From assembly GCA_964035545.1 (NCBI GenBank), contig OZ037765.1, positions 6,954,698-7,018,697 on the forward strand: a DNA stretch of 64,000 bases. The letters run 5' to 3'. Positions within the stretch are counted from its first letter, which is position 1. The number at the start of each line of letters is the position of its first letter. Source of the DNA: Bugula neritina. Its lineage: Eukaryota; Animalia; Bryozoa. Below the pieces are notes generated by a model. It had not been told where the DNA came from and made no database searches. It worked only from the letters and a program-made list of their open reading frames with translations. This document shows, one piece after another, positions 36,301 through 53,641 of the stretch. A program made the translations under genes and the position numbers.

Positions 36301-39300
36301 CAGCTGTTAAATTTTTTTTATAGGAAACAAAATTGTTTTAATATTTTAGCAGCTTTTCAGTTGTCTAGACTCTTTAAAATATTTTTAATTTGTGTAAACA
36401 CAGCTTTACATATTACACTAGAAAAATTTCAATTATTGTGTAAACGTGAGTATAGTTATGTATTTAAATTAAAATATGATATTATAGAATGTTGTAATTA
36501 TAGACAAGCTACAAGAACAATTTCTTTCATGTAGTTTGGGTAATTTCTAAAACATGCACTTTGAATAACAATTTTTCACAGAAACCACTTTTTTTCAAAG
36601 ACATAAACATATTTTATTCAATCTGGGATATAATTGATTCAAAAGCTAAACCAACAGATATAGATTTAATATAATAATACAACACCAAATGGCAAGATTT
36701 GTATATAAACTAATACCAAAACCAGTGTTTATTACTTTTCAGGATCTGTGAATCCGCCTGCGATGAAGAAGTCCACCTTCCACCACTATATTTATACTGC
36801 AGTGAGTCACACAACTCCATGTCTACCATCACTGTGTACTTGCTGTAAGGCTTCAGGCCAGTCAAACTGAATTGTAAGACCGGGAACATTCTCCTGAAAA
36901 GAAAAGAGCAAAGTTTCTATGTGTACTTACTCTTGCATTTACATAAATCATAAAAGCAAATCTATTAGTTCTTCAAATAATATTAAACCTAAATATTAAT
37001 GAAGCAATGAAAAATATTTTTAGCAAAATTGAATTAACCCAAGTGATTTTCCTTGAGCATTATCATAAAACTACTACATGTATATATAAATGCTTGGCCT
37101 AATGAAAGAAAAGGAAAAAGACTGATTGCTACATGTGTAGCCAAAATGCCTCAAACCATAACCAAAACATGCTAAATAAAAATAATAATCTTAAGACACC
37201 AGGAAGCAACTTGGTCTAAAAATGTTCCACTGAATATTCACTCAAACGTGATTTTGTGATCACTTATGGTCGGTTTCTCTCCTCAAAACAAAGCGCAACA
37301 ATAAGCACTTCAAACAAATTTAGCTAATAAAATTAAGTAAAACTCAACAGTGACTTTAATTTGGATCAGAGACCAAAATATTGACTTTCATGTTAAGCCT
37401 CTTTGGTAAATACCAACAGTTTACAGAATATAATTGTTAGATGAATTTGGTGTACACATCAATGCAATAATGAGACTATGGGCTAGAGATAGTCTATGAG
37501 CTACAATCTCTTTTACAAACATAGCAAAGCTGTTCCTTATTCAAGCTGTGTTAGCAAAATACACTGAGAGACCTAGTCTTTGTAACTTTCTTATAGATAA
37601 TAATAATAGTTAAATCCTTATATTTTGTTCAACAACCATAGCGGTGTTTTAATAACATGTGTAAACAAGTTATCGAAACATTGGCAAGAAAGCATCTAAT
37701 AATTTTACCTACTTTCACCTTCTAAATATGTTATTAACACTGAAAGAATTGCTTAATTAAAGGACAGAGTCATAAATAATTACAGTTACTAGGTTCAACA
37801 GGGGGTATGCATTCAAGTGCAAACTTTTCTAAGAAGTAAAATTTACAATTCCATAACCATATTCAAACTGTCCACATGTTTGCCAAATGTTTCCAATGGT
37901 TGAATAAATTTCCTATATATAAATGCCTATCAATATGCACGTAACACACACTGTCTACATCTAACCCTGGGAAGGGGGCCATCTCAGGGCCAGGTTTCCC
38001 ACATTGTTGCCTATAATAACTTGTCTTCTTTTACGTAATAAAATACACCGAAAGAGTTTTTAGCTACTGCCATGGGAATAATATTATTGTACTATTCTCC
38101 AATAGCCATTTATAATATATTGTTCATTTACCAATATTTGTTAGAGACATTACTTAGACAAGTGTCTCCTAACATCTGTACTACCAGACATCAATTCACT
38201 GCTTGTCTACTGTTGTAGTCTGCGTAGACAAATCACCATACTTTTCACCTGTTATTATTGTTTGTGTCTATAGCAATTATTAATTAGATTTTATAGTCAA
38301 GGTAATATTTGAATAATATGCCTTGTTATTAGCTACAGTTGGTTTAATTCTTATAATTCTCAGAGCGAATGCTCAGGATTTAATTGCCCAATGTCAAATT
38401 AGAAACATCACACTTTCAGCAAAATTATACATGATTACCGATAACGAGAATACTTGGTAACTAATGAATCCTGCAGTTAGACTAAAATATAGATTATGAA
38501 GAAGTTTGCTGACGTAAGTGTCAGCAGATTAGGAGCACTTAGTCTAAGATTTGTTCAATGCTATAAATACAGCAGTTGAAATAACTTGGTCAAAAAACTG
38601 AAAAAGCAAGCTTGATGCTTTTTGCTTTTATTTTAGCAAATATTCTAGTTGTGTAAACTTAATTATTTGTTTTGGATTAAAATTATTCCACAAACTTGAA
38701 GCTATTTTAATTACTATAATTAACCGGAAGAGAAAAATTTAAATTCCGTGTCATTAAATTCTAAAATTATATTTGTTAACCTAGACTTGAATATTTAACA
38801 GGAAGATAGTATAATTTTCTTAACAGCTGGCGATAAAATTAAATGTAATAATTCCAACTTTTTGGCTAAAGTCAAGCTAACTAACAAGACCAAGATATAG
38901 TGTACCTACCTTATTGCTGACATTAGTCATTAAATATATTTTCTATTGCTAAGCAATAGTATTTAGACAAAGTTCCATCAATTATCACGTGTCATGGTTT
39001 CTCTACCCAGCAGAACATTTGTTATATATATATATAACATATTCTATGGCTAACCTGCCGTGCCGTGTTATGATCATTTCTGTCATGTTGGAGAAGAATT
39101 TGTTCCATAGCTCTCTGTTGGTGAGTGAACATCTTATTATCTCTTGTCTTGGATAATAAACGCTAGGTGATGCTCTGGGTATTCGCTCAAACACATCTCC
39201 CGCAGGGTGAGGGAGCTGTTAGTTAAATTGGAAACAAAAATATGTAAGTTAGAGTCCGGGAAGGTCACGTGTATCTTTAACTTACAATAAAAATACTACA

Positions 39301-40985
39301 AAATTAACAAAATAGTTTTTGAAAAACCCGTTCTGCTACGCTAGTTTCTCATATGCATAATATTTTTAAGCTGCAGCTTACTAAAATCCATTATACTCCA
39401 ATAAGAAGTTTTTTACCAATATAGCTAATAGCATAAATATTTTAAAGAGCTAAAATAGTAGAGCTATGTTTTTTACACATTATTTAAAATGGAGATCAAC
39501 CAGAAATATTTTAAAAATAAATTTAAAAATAAAGTATTAAAATACTATTGATATATATAATTATACAATTATCTATGTAAATATACCTGTCTGGGTGACT
39601 CATAGTTTGAAGGAATGCAGTTTGGTACAACCAGAGCTGGTCTCTCATTTGAGCTATTTTCATCTGGTTCATTGTAATCAGGTGTAAAGTTGGTTGAAGC
39701 CGAGAGTAAATTAAGAGAATTATTGTACAAACTAGGAGTGATGTTAGGGTAAGGTAGCGTAGGTGGTGTATGGTAAGATGGAGCAGCAGAAGGGCAGTGC
39801 TGTACTGTGCCTGTAGTATCATACTGATAGTTGTAGGATACATGGCTAGGGCCACCGTAATAGGCAGAAGAAGTTGTAGCATGAGGTACTGCATTGGCAT
39901 AGGAGGGTGTTGGCTCGTGATGGTCTCCCTGCAAATACAGAGTATAAATTTTACCAACATTTTTAGACAAAGATATTTGAATACAAAAAAATTATTATTA
40001 TTATGTCTTTAAACTAAAAAGTGTTATCAACACAGTTCTAGAAGTTTATTTAAGTTGAACTAAAGTTTAAAAGTATTAATTTACCTGTAAATTATATTGA
40101 ACTGGTTCATACACTGGCACTGGTATGGATGGCAATGAGCTTCCATGTACTATTGGAGGTTGTACTGAATGAAGGTTTGTGAATACAGAAGAAATGACTT
40201 GGTTACCCTGAAAATGTAACAGTACCATCATTTAAAAAGTAATTGTTCTATTTTTATTTTATATAATAGAAAAAGTTTACCACAAGCCTATAATATAGCT
40301 CCTAAAACGTACAAAACTTTTTGAATCCAGCAGCTATGAGCACCTTCAAGGATATACCACTACTTTAATCATTAATTTGACCAAATTACCTAGTACTACA
40401 TTACTTATATTACTGGCTTAAACTATTAATAAATCAACTGTTTGCAAAAACTCATAAAAGTAAAAATAGTTCATCGTCTGACTTATAAAAATATTTATTA
40501 ATTGTACAGTTCATTATGAAATAAAATAAGTGCCAATTGGCATACTGAAATACATCATTATCATTTTAGACAACTTTATTTATAATAAAGTTCTTATTTT
40601 AGACATCCTAGATCTATAAGTTACAACTTATGATAATTACAATCCCAAATTAATATTTTTATTTTAAAATAAAATACAAAGCCCATCAAACTAAGCATAA
40701 ATTGTCAACAAACTACACTCCTTAACTTTTTGAAAACCTTTAACAGCTATGGTTTACCTCATTCATCAATTGCATGCCATTGGTGACAGAGTGCTTTGGC
40801 GCAGTAAGCATATGATATCTTTGAGCTATGCTGCTATCAATCTCACGGTAGTTGCTGTCATTTTCTAAAATTCTAAAGCTGACAATGTTAGGTTGTTGGT
40901 GCATCTCTTCGGACTCCATGTCCACTCCATTGTCGTCAGATGGTGAGCTTGCCAGCATTGTGTGAGTATAATAGTTTGATTGCAT
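33364..40985 (-). CDS. T-box transcription factor, most similar to the Eomes/Tbr1 (T-brain) family, divergent, ~676 aa, 9 coding exons
   Basis: Exons 40985-40758, 40207-40085, 39928-39587, 39215-39055, 36893-36736, 36197-36079, 35812-35681, 35268-35207, 34069-33364 join in frame. [70 protein letters not shown]. Confidence 0.92.
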
Positions 40986-41049
40986 TCACATGGTGGTTGT
41001 AGGGTTTCGATTGGTCGGTTTCAACTAAACTCCCAAACTTGTTTGGCAA

Positions 41050-41190
41050 AAGTGCTTGCGCCAAAAAGACCTGATGATATGTTATGTAAAATTGAAAGAT
41101 ATTACACTTTATATAAAAATGTCTGAGTAAGTTGGGCGGAGCATTTGGAAATTAACAAGACTGGTACATGAAAGGTGTGAAAGTGTGGCT
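41050..41190 (-). promoter_or_regulatory. Candidate promoter of the T-box gene with TATA-like, GC-box, E2F-like and T-box half sites
   Basis: TTTATATAAA ~41108-41117, GGGCGGA 41134-41140, AGGTGTGAAA 41173-41182, GCGCCAAAA 41058-41066. Confidence 0.5.
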
Positions 41191-44100
41191 GCTGTGTCAA
41201 TTTCTCATCATTATATAACTGCCAATGACTCTTAGATTAATCCAACAAGGGTAAAATTATTCAATACATTTATTATTATAGCCAAAATAATTTTATTTGA
41301 AATATTTGAAACATGTATTATAAGGTACAGTTATATTGTACAAGTATTTTACTATCTGAGGAAATTAATTTTTTTTTCTTACAAAAAGAAAAAACTGATG
41401 AAGTTTTCAGACGTTGAAATAGTTAAAGACTGTGCAAGCATACAGTTATTTAGGGTAGTTCCATTATAAATAAATACACATTTCGTTGGCATTTATTAGT
41501 TTAGTAAAGTAGCTCTATTACATTAACCTGTATGCAGTAGCCCAAACTGTTATATAGTTATTTCACTCATCTAATGACAAGATTTAGGGAATGCCTTATA
41601 TAGAAATCGTCTACTTAATAGAGCAAAGCTATTTATTCTAAAGTAAAAACGGAATGGCGAGTATAAGCATGGCTGTTTTATATACTCGCCAGTTATTTTC
41701 AAACCCTCCCCTCTTTAACGCACACTTTGGGGTTGAATAAAACTTGCTGGTAATAAACTACCTTGCATAAAATACATAAATAACATACCTCTCCTTGTTC
41801 CTGACTCCCAACTCCCCTGTAATTTGACTGTCCTCTCTCCACTAAACAAGCAGCTGTATAATAAAAAGAATATGGTTAAATAAAATATATTTAATTTAAA
41901 AATTCTAACTAAAGTTCAAAAAGTGCACTTCTTACTAAATTGTAAATATAAGTAAACAGGAGAAACCACCCCAATAACGGCTTTTATTAGCGCTTTAAAT
42001 ACAAAGTGAAGTTGTTTTTATATTCATTTAGGCTTTTTAACTATAAAAAGCTAGCTAGGCTAATTATAAGTGCAAGTGGCTCCAAACTCTAAAACTGAAA
42101 TCATACTGATTATTTTAACTTGACTGTACAATTCAATTCCTGGCATTGAAATCTACTGTCAAACTCACCATAATAAGAATGTTGAAGAAAATCTTGCTTG
42201 CATCCTTTCATTTTGTTTTTAGTGGCATTGTGTTTCAGTTACACAATATGGAGAACTAAATGGCGGGTTTATTATTAAAAGAAAGAATATATTGACGTTA
42301 AAAGACTAGTGCAACAAATATAATGTCATTTTACACAATTTGCCAATCATGCAAATCAACAGTGTTTTTCACAATATGGCTACATGAGAAAATTCTCATC
42401 AGTAACTTTTTTCTCGCAATGAAACAATATTTGGCAAATTTTCATTGTTAATATAGTATTTTTGCTGTAAAATTATTTAAAGTTATTTCTAAAAGCAGCG
42501 CCATGATTGCATACTAGCTGTTTTAGTTAACCTGAAGTTTTAGCCTCTTACATTTAAAATATGTACATGTATAGATAAAAATAGTGCCATTTAGAATTTA
42601 GATACTATTGATTTAAGTTGACTTAGAGCAGGTAGTTTGCCGTATAAGTCAAGTCGATACTCGGATGACTTTTTGGGACTACTTACAGCAGCAATTTAGT
42701 TTTGACTGGATAGCAATTATAGCACAGTATATAGTAGGGGAGGTAACAATTTATGCAGTTTATCCAAGTTTAGTTTAAATGAGCTTGAAAACAATATTAT
42801 CATGCAGTGCTGGCTGGCCACAGGATAACGATAACCGCAGGAAAGTATAATTATAATTGTCTCAGGGTGGGGGGGGATTTTTCAATATAAAGTGTTTGAA
42901 TTTTTATAGGTGGTTTAAAAAGCACTATTAAGTATTATAAGAATACTTTATATATACCTATCAATCCAGGTTTTTTTTAACATACTAAATTTAAATCTTA
43001 ATTTATGCAAATGCTTTTATGCAACTATTTCTTAATGATTGTATCAAAATAAAACTAAAGCCTTTTGCATTGTGAAAGCCACATATTAAAATTCTCTACA
43101 ATTAAGGTTTTTATGAAGTCTGAAAACAATTCTTGTCAGAATTTAAAAGTAATAACTTGCTAAGACTTAGACCAAAGAGTATATACCTGATATAAAAATA
43201 TCCCGAATATGTTACATGTATATATTATAAACCACATACATCACTGTATAAGAAAGCACATGTTTATAGTAGCTTGAATGTTTATATACTAGTAGAAAAC
43301 CCTGATGAATTAAAAGATAGCATCAAGTATAGTCTCTAGACTCAAACTATGCTGCCAACTTGGCTTTGAAGGCTCTGCTGCTGCTGAAAGCAATTTTAAT
43401 CATAAATGGTAAGCTGCAAGTTTTTATTTGTAGTTTGTGAACATTGCAAGTTATAATACACAGACAAAGTTATTTTGGAATATTAATTTACAATTGGTTC
43501 CAATCAAGGTATAGAGAAGTTTTGCTACTGAAAGTTTAAACATCATGAATTACTCAAGCATAGAGTAAGTTTATGTGACCAACTACCAGCACTGTTTTGT
43601 TGATGTGTAAGTGTAATTAAAACTAATAAGTTGTACATTTGACTCAAATCAATAGAAGTCTAAGACACAATTTAATATACATATAGTCATAGTTGACGTA
43701 GCAGACAATAATAATTATTGACAAAAATTATTATGAAGAAGAGTCGGACTTTAGAACTTTTAGTTATTGTCTCTTAGCAATTATTTTACAGTATAGTCTC
43801 AGTGAAATAATAATAAATCAAAGGCATTTTTTATAAACAAATCAATTGTTGACTGAACATGGTCTGTTTCTAGAGGAAAACTGACTAATGGTACAAAAAA
43901 TCATGTCCCATTGTATTTAACCTGCAAATATATATCTTATTTAATCACATAAAGCAAACACTGTAGGCTTAAGGCAGTTATTGATTTTGATATTAATTGA
44001 TAACCAAGAATTGTCTTATTCATTTGGCAAATAGTTCTCATTATCACCAAATTATAAGGATCAGTGAGTCTGGCTATATACACTTGATACATTAATTGAT

Positions 44101-44550
44101 CCAATCACAGATCGTTGCATAATTACTCATTTACCAGTATTGGTTCTTTCATGCAGCTATGATAAGAGAATGCGTTTGCATTCTATAACTAAGTATATAC
44201 TTCATTAAGCCATTTTAAAGGTTTACTTGCTTTGAATTACTAATTGGTATAACAATTATTATCTGACCTTGGATACAAACTGATGAACTGAAATAATGTA
44301 AGTACGGCATTTTTATGATAACTTACAAATTATTTACTTATTTATTTGGTCCTGTGTAATATTTGGTGTACTTCATTTGTTTTCATCATTCTTTAAAAAA
44401 TATTTCTGAGTTATAAATCTTACACTAAAACAGAGAAAATAAAAACTCAAATGAAAATTTTGTGCTGTAACTTGGCTGTATAGTTTGGTTCTTACATAAT
44501 CAAACTAACTTTATTCCAATATTGATGTGCTATCTGAAATTAGAATAACA

Positions 44551-44844
44551 TGTAGGATTAAAATGTGTTTATTTAGAATAATGCATAGCTCTATGAAAAT
44601 ATACAACTATATAATGATAGCTTATCACACTAATACTATAAAATCCTAAGCTTTATAAGCAAATAGTTGTTCTAAGAATTCTCTAAAATTTCTAGAAGTT
44701 CCATGAAATATTCAGTTCCACAGCTTTCTACCAATATATACTATATAATTTTCTGCACTTAAAAGTAATTATAAACAGCAAATCTGATTCATAAGAATGT
44801 ATACAATAACACTAACATTAAAATTGGCTTCTGAGAATCTTACA
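44551..44844 (-). mobile_element. Solo-LTR-like element, 294 bp
   Basis: Inverted ends TGTAGGATT / AATCTTACA. On the minus strand: HSE array 44670-44713, TATAAAG ~44652-44658, AATAAA 44568-44573. No TSD found. Confidence 0.45.
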
Positions 44845-45816
44845 GGCGTTAGAATATCCAATCCACCATTTTATAGGGATTAAGATGTAGCTGTGCAGCA
44901 GGTAAGTATAGAGGTCAAGTTATTATTAGCTCTACCTGCTAGTGGAGAGTAAAAAACTTTTTGGAAATACAAAGCTTTTACAGCAGATTAAATAGATACA
45001 TATTTGATTACAATAGTTTGCATAAATATATTAATATTGCACCAAATCGTGACTTGAACTGTGTTTTCAAGGCTCAAATTTGATTCAAACTCAAAGAAGA
45101 ATCAAAGCAAGCAATGAAACCAATTAAGATCATAAAATTGATCTAAAGTGCATTTGATATCAACGTCTGATCAACCATGATCTAAACCAATAAAAATATT
45201 GGGTAAATTCCTGCATAGCAAGTTACTAAATTATCAAGCCATTTGTTGATTTGATAACTTTTTGTAAACACTGTAAAGGAATAGCTACGACTGTTTCGTT
45301 ATATTGACTATAACAATTCTTAGCATTTAAGTTTATCTAAGCAGGATACAATTGAAACCACTTAAAGTAAATAACAAAAATGTAACAGTATAACATCAGT
45401 CATTATTAGAGAGAAATAAGGCGCTTATGTACACATGCATAGTTACACTTTGCAGCTTGGAATTCTTATTATCAATATATCAATTCTTACATCTAATACC
45501 TATTTGCACTAGACCAGGAGTGGAGGTTCCAACAAAGATGTTTGACAGCATGAAGGGTGCTACGCTTTATATTTGCATATAAAGAGTCATTTGGTGTCCT
45601 CACCTTTCTAGTGCTTATAGACACGCTCAAAACAATAGCCAGCAGCATGACATGTGCATTTGTTTACACAAGTCAGCACCGTCTCATTTGCACTTGGTTA
45701 CTTGCTTGCTAGGGCCACTTTGGTTTTATCACTGATCAACAGGCAGCTCAAGTACCCTCTATATTAAACTAAATGTTACTTTTATTCTGAATGCAGGTTT
45801 GAAACTTAAGAAAAAA

Positions 45817-49215
<3,399 letters not shown>

Positions 49216-50460
49216 GTGAGTAAAACTATTTTTATACACCATGGTCTTTCTTGCGCTTAGCTTTTGTGATAAAACTTTTCCTTCTGGCTTCTAATTTTAG
49301 TTTTATATTTTTTATGCATTTTTAATTTTTGGTTTTGACTGTGTGATAATTCGTCACACAACATTTTGCTTTGAAAAACTACCTAGACACTGTTTTCTTT
49401 TCAAACCCTTCAAATGTTGTTAGCATTATTGGTTTCTTTTTTCTAAAATCACTGCTAGTGGATGTTTTAGGTTGTAACTTTATATAAATAGTAAAGTTCT
49501 TGTAATTGTTGTATGCCTCAGGCAGGTAACTGTAAAACATACCTACTACCTACATAAGCTGATAATATTGATCGGTGAATATAATTATATATTTTAATTA
49601 TGAATATTACAATGTTATTACAGTATAGCGACACAAACACCATTAGCAAGTTACAAGATCTAGAACAATTCTATAGTGCATGTGAAAGCAAATTTCTTGC
49701 TGTAGATTTATAATAATAAGTTTTAATTTCTAACAAATCTTTTTCGTATTAAACTAAAAGTTGCATTTTCATATTATAAATGAGTTTAAAAAATGATTAG
49801 ATGTCTTTAGGAGATTTTATATAAAAAGTTCATCAACTCAAAAATATACTCCAGGGATTATTACAGAATGCTTTTATTATTATTTTTCCATTTTAGTGAT
49901 GTCTGTTTTTAAATATAGTTTAGCTTCTATAGGGTCGAAAAATGCCAATTGCACCACTTTATGACCAGTAAATCTATTTATTAGCTACTAGAATTATATT
50001 AATATAAAATGTAGATGGATGCAGTGGTTTAGTTTGAAAAACAAAGCAGAAACCAAATAAACTGCTCCTAGTGTACTAAAGTTACTAAATTACAAAAAAT
50101 ATGCTAAAAACAACTTATATATATTTAGCTTTTACATAAATTGGTATAATACAAATATTATCTTGCTTTTAGAGTAATTGAATTGTAAGCAGAATATTTT
50201 TGTTGAATCACAAAAATTTATACATAATTTTAATATTGAAGACCTCAACTAGGTATTTCTAAAGGCCTATGGTAGCAATATTATGCATTAAGATGAGCTA
50301 TAATTAAAGCCATTGAGTACGGAACTATAATTTGTAATTTATAGTAAATATGAATGATGCGACAACTCCATTATTTGTATTAAGTTTGGGAACTTGTACT
50401 GTTTTTATAAATGTTTGCATTAAGCACATAACTTTCATGCTAAACTGTTTCGTACTTTAA

Positions 50461-51229
50461 AGGATTGCTCTATCTTGTCTAATAAATGGCCATTTAGGTC
50501 AAACACACATAATATTGTGTTTTTCTAAGCATGCATTGACAAAAAGCATTTGACCAAAGGTAGAAAAAGTTAGTTGAAGTTGAGGGTGTAGATTGGTAAC
50601 AGCCAAAACGCCGATTTTGAAATGAGCTGGGAAGTGTGACGTAACAGCGCCAGCATTCCTGCTGGTCACGTGACTATACAAATGAATAACTATAGAAATA
50701 TGACTGTGAGATGTAATCTTTTAGCTTGCAATTTGTATATTTATAGAAGTGCAAATGTGAATTATCTCAATCTATAGTTTTTTGACATTTTAAATAACAT
50801 GTATGTGAAAACATTAGGCTATATTTTGCTTGTAAACATTAGAAAAAAGCCTTGCAAAAGCATGCATTCTTTAGGATGAATGCTTGCGATCGATCTAAAC
50901 TAAGTCAGACTGTGCAATATTACGGGCACACCAAAGCTGACCTATATAGCCCACTGTCACTGCTTGAGCGTAATTGGTTGATGTTGTGCCCAGCAACCTT
51001 GAATACTAGCGTTATAGTTAGCACGTGCAGCATAGTTACTGGCGTTCACACGTCACGTATTAGGCTATTCTTTTTCATGGCTGAAAATTTTACCTCCCTC
51101 AAAATTGGAATTTTGAAAAGCTGTTTTCTAGGCATATATCCCTTTGCAAAGTCACAATTGTTTGCATACACATTAGATTATAGTTTATAATTATAATGTG
51201 ATTGTAATAAACTAAGATAGAGCAATCCT
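50461..51229. mobile_element. Kolobok-type non-autonomous DNA transposon, 769 bp, TTAA TSD
   Basis: TTAA|AGGATTGCTCTATCTT ... AAGATAGAGCAATCCT|TTAA: a perfect 16-bp TIR beginning with AGG (purine start, unlike the CCC start of piggyBac). Confidence 0.85.
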
Positions 51230-53417
51230 TTAAGCAAAGATGTGCCCAAAGTTGTTTCACAATAATAACAAATGTCTTGATTTTTGGGAGCAGTTATTAT
51301 TTACATATAATTAAACATGATTATGTAATGATACTTTAATAATAAAGTTAGTTGGATAAATAGATATACTACAGTAACATTGTGGCATGATAAAGTATGT
51401 TTTGAGTTAAGTAGAAACTTATTCAGTTTTGGAGATTTAGAGTGTATTTCGCTAATTAATACAGTTTTATATTTTATATTTATATAGAAAAAAGTAAAAA
51501 GTAAATATTTAATTCTTGACTTTCATTATTGGGTTAGCTTTTGTTAGAGTATAATAAAATTAAAGTTAGTTGCACTGGACGGTAAATCTTTTAATTATAT
51601 TCCAATGCAAAACTCTTCAGGCAAAATTATACGAGACATTTTCAACTGTCTCTCATAAAATTACTCCTGTTGTTTGCAAACCTGTTTGGTTAAATACATT
51701 CATTGCTGACTAGCTTGTTGTTTTGAGCTAGTAGAGTACAATTATCACCTTTAATGGCTGATGCTAATTGTAATCTAGTTATTTTTAAAGCAATTAGATC
51801 CTAAATTAAAATCTGGATATTATTTCACTGATAACTTCAACACATTGCAGGTCGCTATAATGAGCTATACACTAAACTATAAGTTTGTAAAACAGCTTGA
51901 CTAAAAGGATAGAATGTTTCCAACAACATAACAGCATAGCATTCTTGGGACTCTAATCAGTCCTGTTTTAATACTGGTAGTAGCTGCATCATCTAATTTA
52001 TTCAAAGCAAGTGAAATTACTTTATATATTCTTAAATTAGGCCAAAAATAATGATAAAAAAGCTCAGAGCTTAGTGAACATAGGTTAATAAAATCTTGGC
52101 AAAATTTTATCAAAATCTGGTAATTGTCCTTCCTTGATAAAAGTTATGTTCTCCTCTTTTAATATGAGTTTTACTGTTATATTATAGCGTTAGGCTTTAG
52201 GTTTTGGAGTTAATAAGATTTCGAGCTCACTATCCAAATTCAAAATATCATGGTTGTTAAAATCTGGTGCTTCTGTCGGAAAGGGGGGGCAACTCATATT
52301 GTATAAAGCAAAACTATAACCATGCATGAAATTTAACTGCAACCTACAAGGAAAGTCATTTGGGACTGTTTAACTTGGTCGATGTTAAGACATTATTTAG
52401 TATCACGAAGCACAGCAGAGTATTTTTGATGGAACGAAATGTGCATGTAATATACAGCAGCTAAAATACTTAGCGATCTCAATGTAAGTCACTTAGGCTT
52501 CACCAATCATTTTCTATAAAGCACTTTTAAATTTAGATACATTAGGGAAGAATTTGAAAAACATAAGAATTTGAGCTAAAGTGGACTTTTTTGTTCCTGC
52601 ACTGCAATACAGTATTTAGTTTAGTTTTATCATTATAGTTGATATATTTTAAATAATGAAACTATGCATCTTGATATTGCTTTAGCGATTTGACATTAAT
52701 ATTGTTTAGCAGCATATTTACACATTATATTCCTATATGTATTATATAACCTTAAATATTATATTAAAGTACAATTTAATTTTAGGTAAATTATTTATAC
52801 ATTTGCTGCGTTCAGAGTTCATTCGCTAAACTTTCATATAAAGGTTATCCACCTTGAAGGAAACCTTGAACTGTCTGAATATATACGAGTTATGATTACT
52901 TTTTATTTATTATTCCACGTCAAATAGCTGTTGAAGACCCAATCAACTTAACTCTTAGAGATTATAGAACTTTTATCTGTAATCAATGCAGTTAATTTAA
53001 AATGCCGTATTAAAATAAGTTGCAGTGTTGCTTTAGCAAAGATCCATTGTTGTTGAGAACGTGATCGCTTATAAAAATAATTGTATTTTTATGCACACGA
53101 CTCAATATTCTTGATTACACCTTCATGTGTAAGACCTATTGACACTCTATCCTAGTGTATACACATACTCATTGTCAGCGGCATGTTTGCTGCTGTATAA
53201 CAAGACATGCTGACTAAGAAAGTGTATTCAAGACTTGAGTGTAAACACCTCAGAGTGGAGCAAGGCTGCTGCTACTGTTGTTACTGCATGACAAGATGTC
53301 TGGCGTCTGCTTTTTTCGGATATCCAACGAGTAATAGCAAAGTCTATTCGATTTGATTAAACTGAACATTACCTTTCTGGCATTTGCGTATCTCTTCCTG
53401 TTGAACTCTCATCAGTC

Positions 53418-53641
53418 ATGGAGAAGTTTATCTGTAGTAACGGTAGAGAACAGACTATATTAAACACTATACTGGGAGATAAATACAACATAAAAGTTAA
53501 AATGGTGATAAAGTCGAAGGACTATTCTCAAAAGCCTCACCCTAGCGTCCTTCACCTTTGTCAAGCTGTAGTGAAGAAACAGGCAGAGCGATTGAAACCC
53601 ACAACAGTGTCTCATGTTTCTGGAAAATCTTACTTCAACAG
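53418..53641 (+). CDS. Candidate alternative first coding exon (74 aa, phase-2 donor)
   Basis: ATG in GTCATGG context, open reading to CAG|GTAAAT; in-frame stop upstream at 53358. Confidence 0.45.

Noticed and set aside
37960-38000. Telomerase RNA template (CTAACCCT)
   Set aside because: A single short match with no other support; expected by chance.
33364-40985. Calling the T-box gene Brachyury
   Set aside because: It lacks the Brachyury AKAFLD ending and NGEW motif; GFRDN.D and LTNNK favour Eomes/Tbr. No symbol is assigned without a tree.
50852-51190. 112-aa ORF as a transposase
   Set aside because: Inside a 769-bp MITE, non-ATG start, no DDE features.
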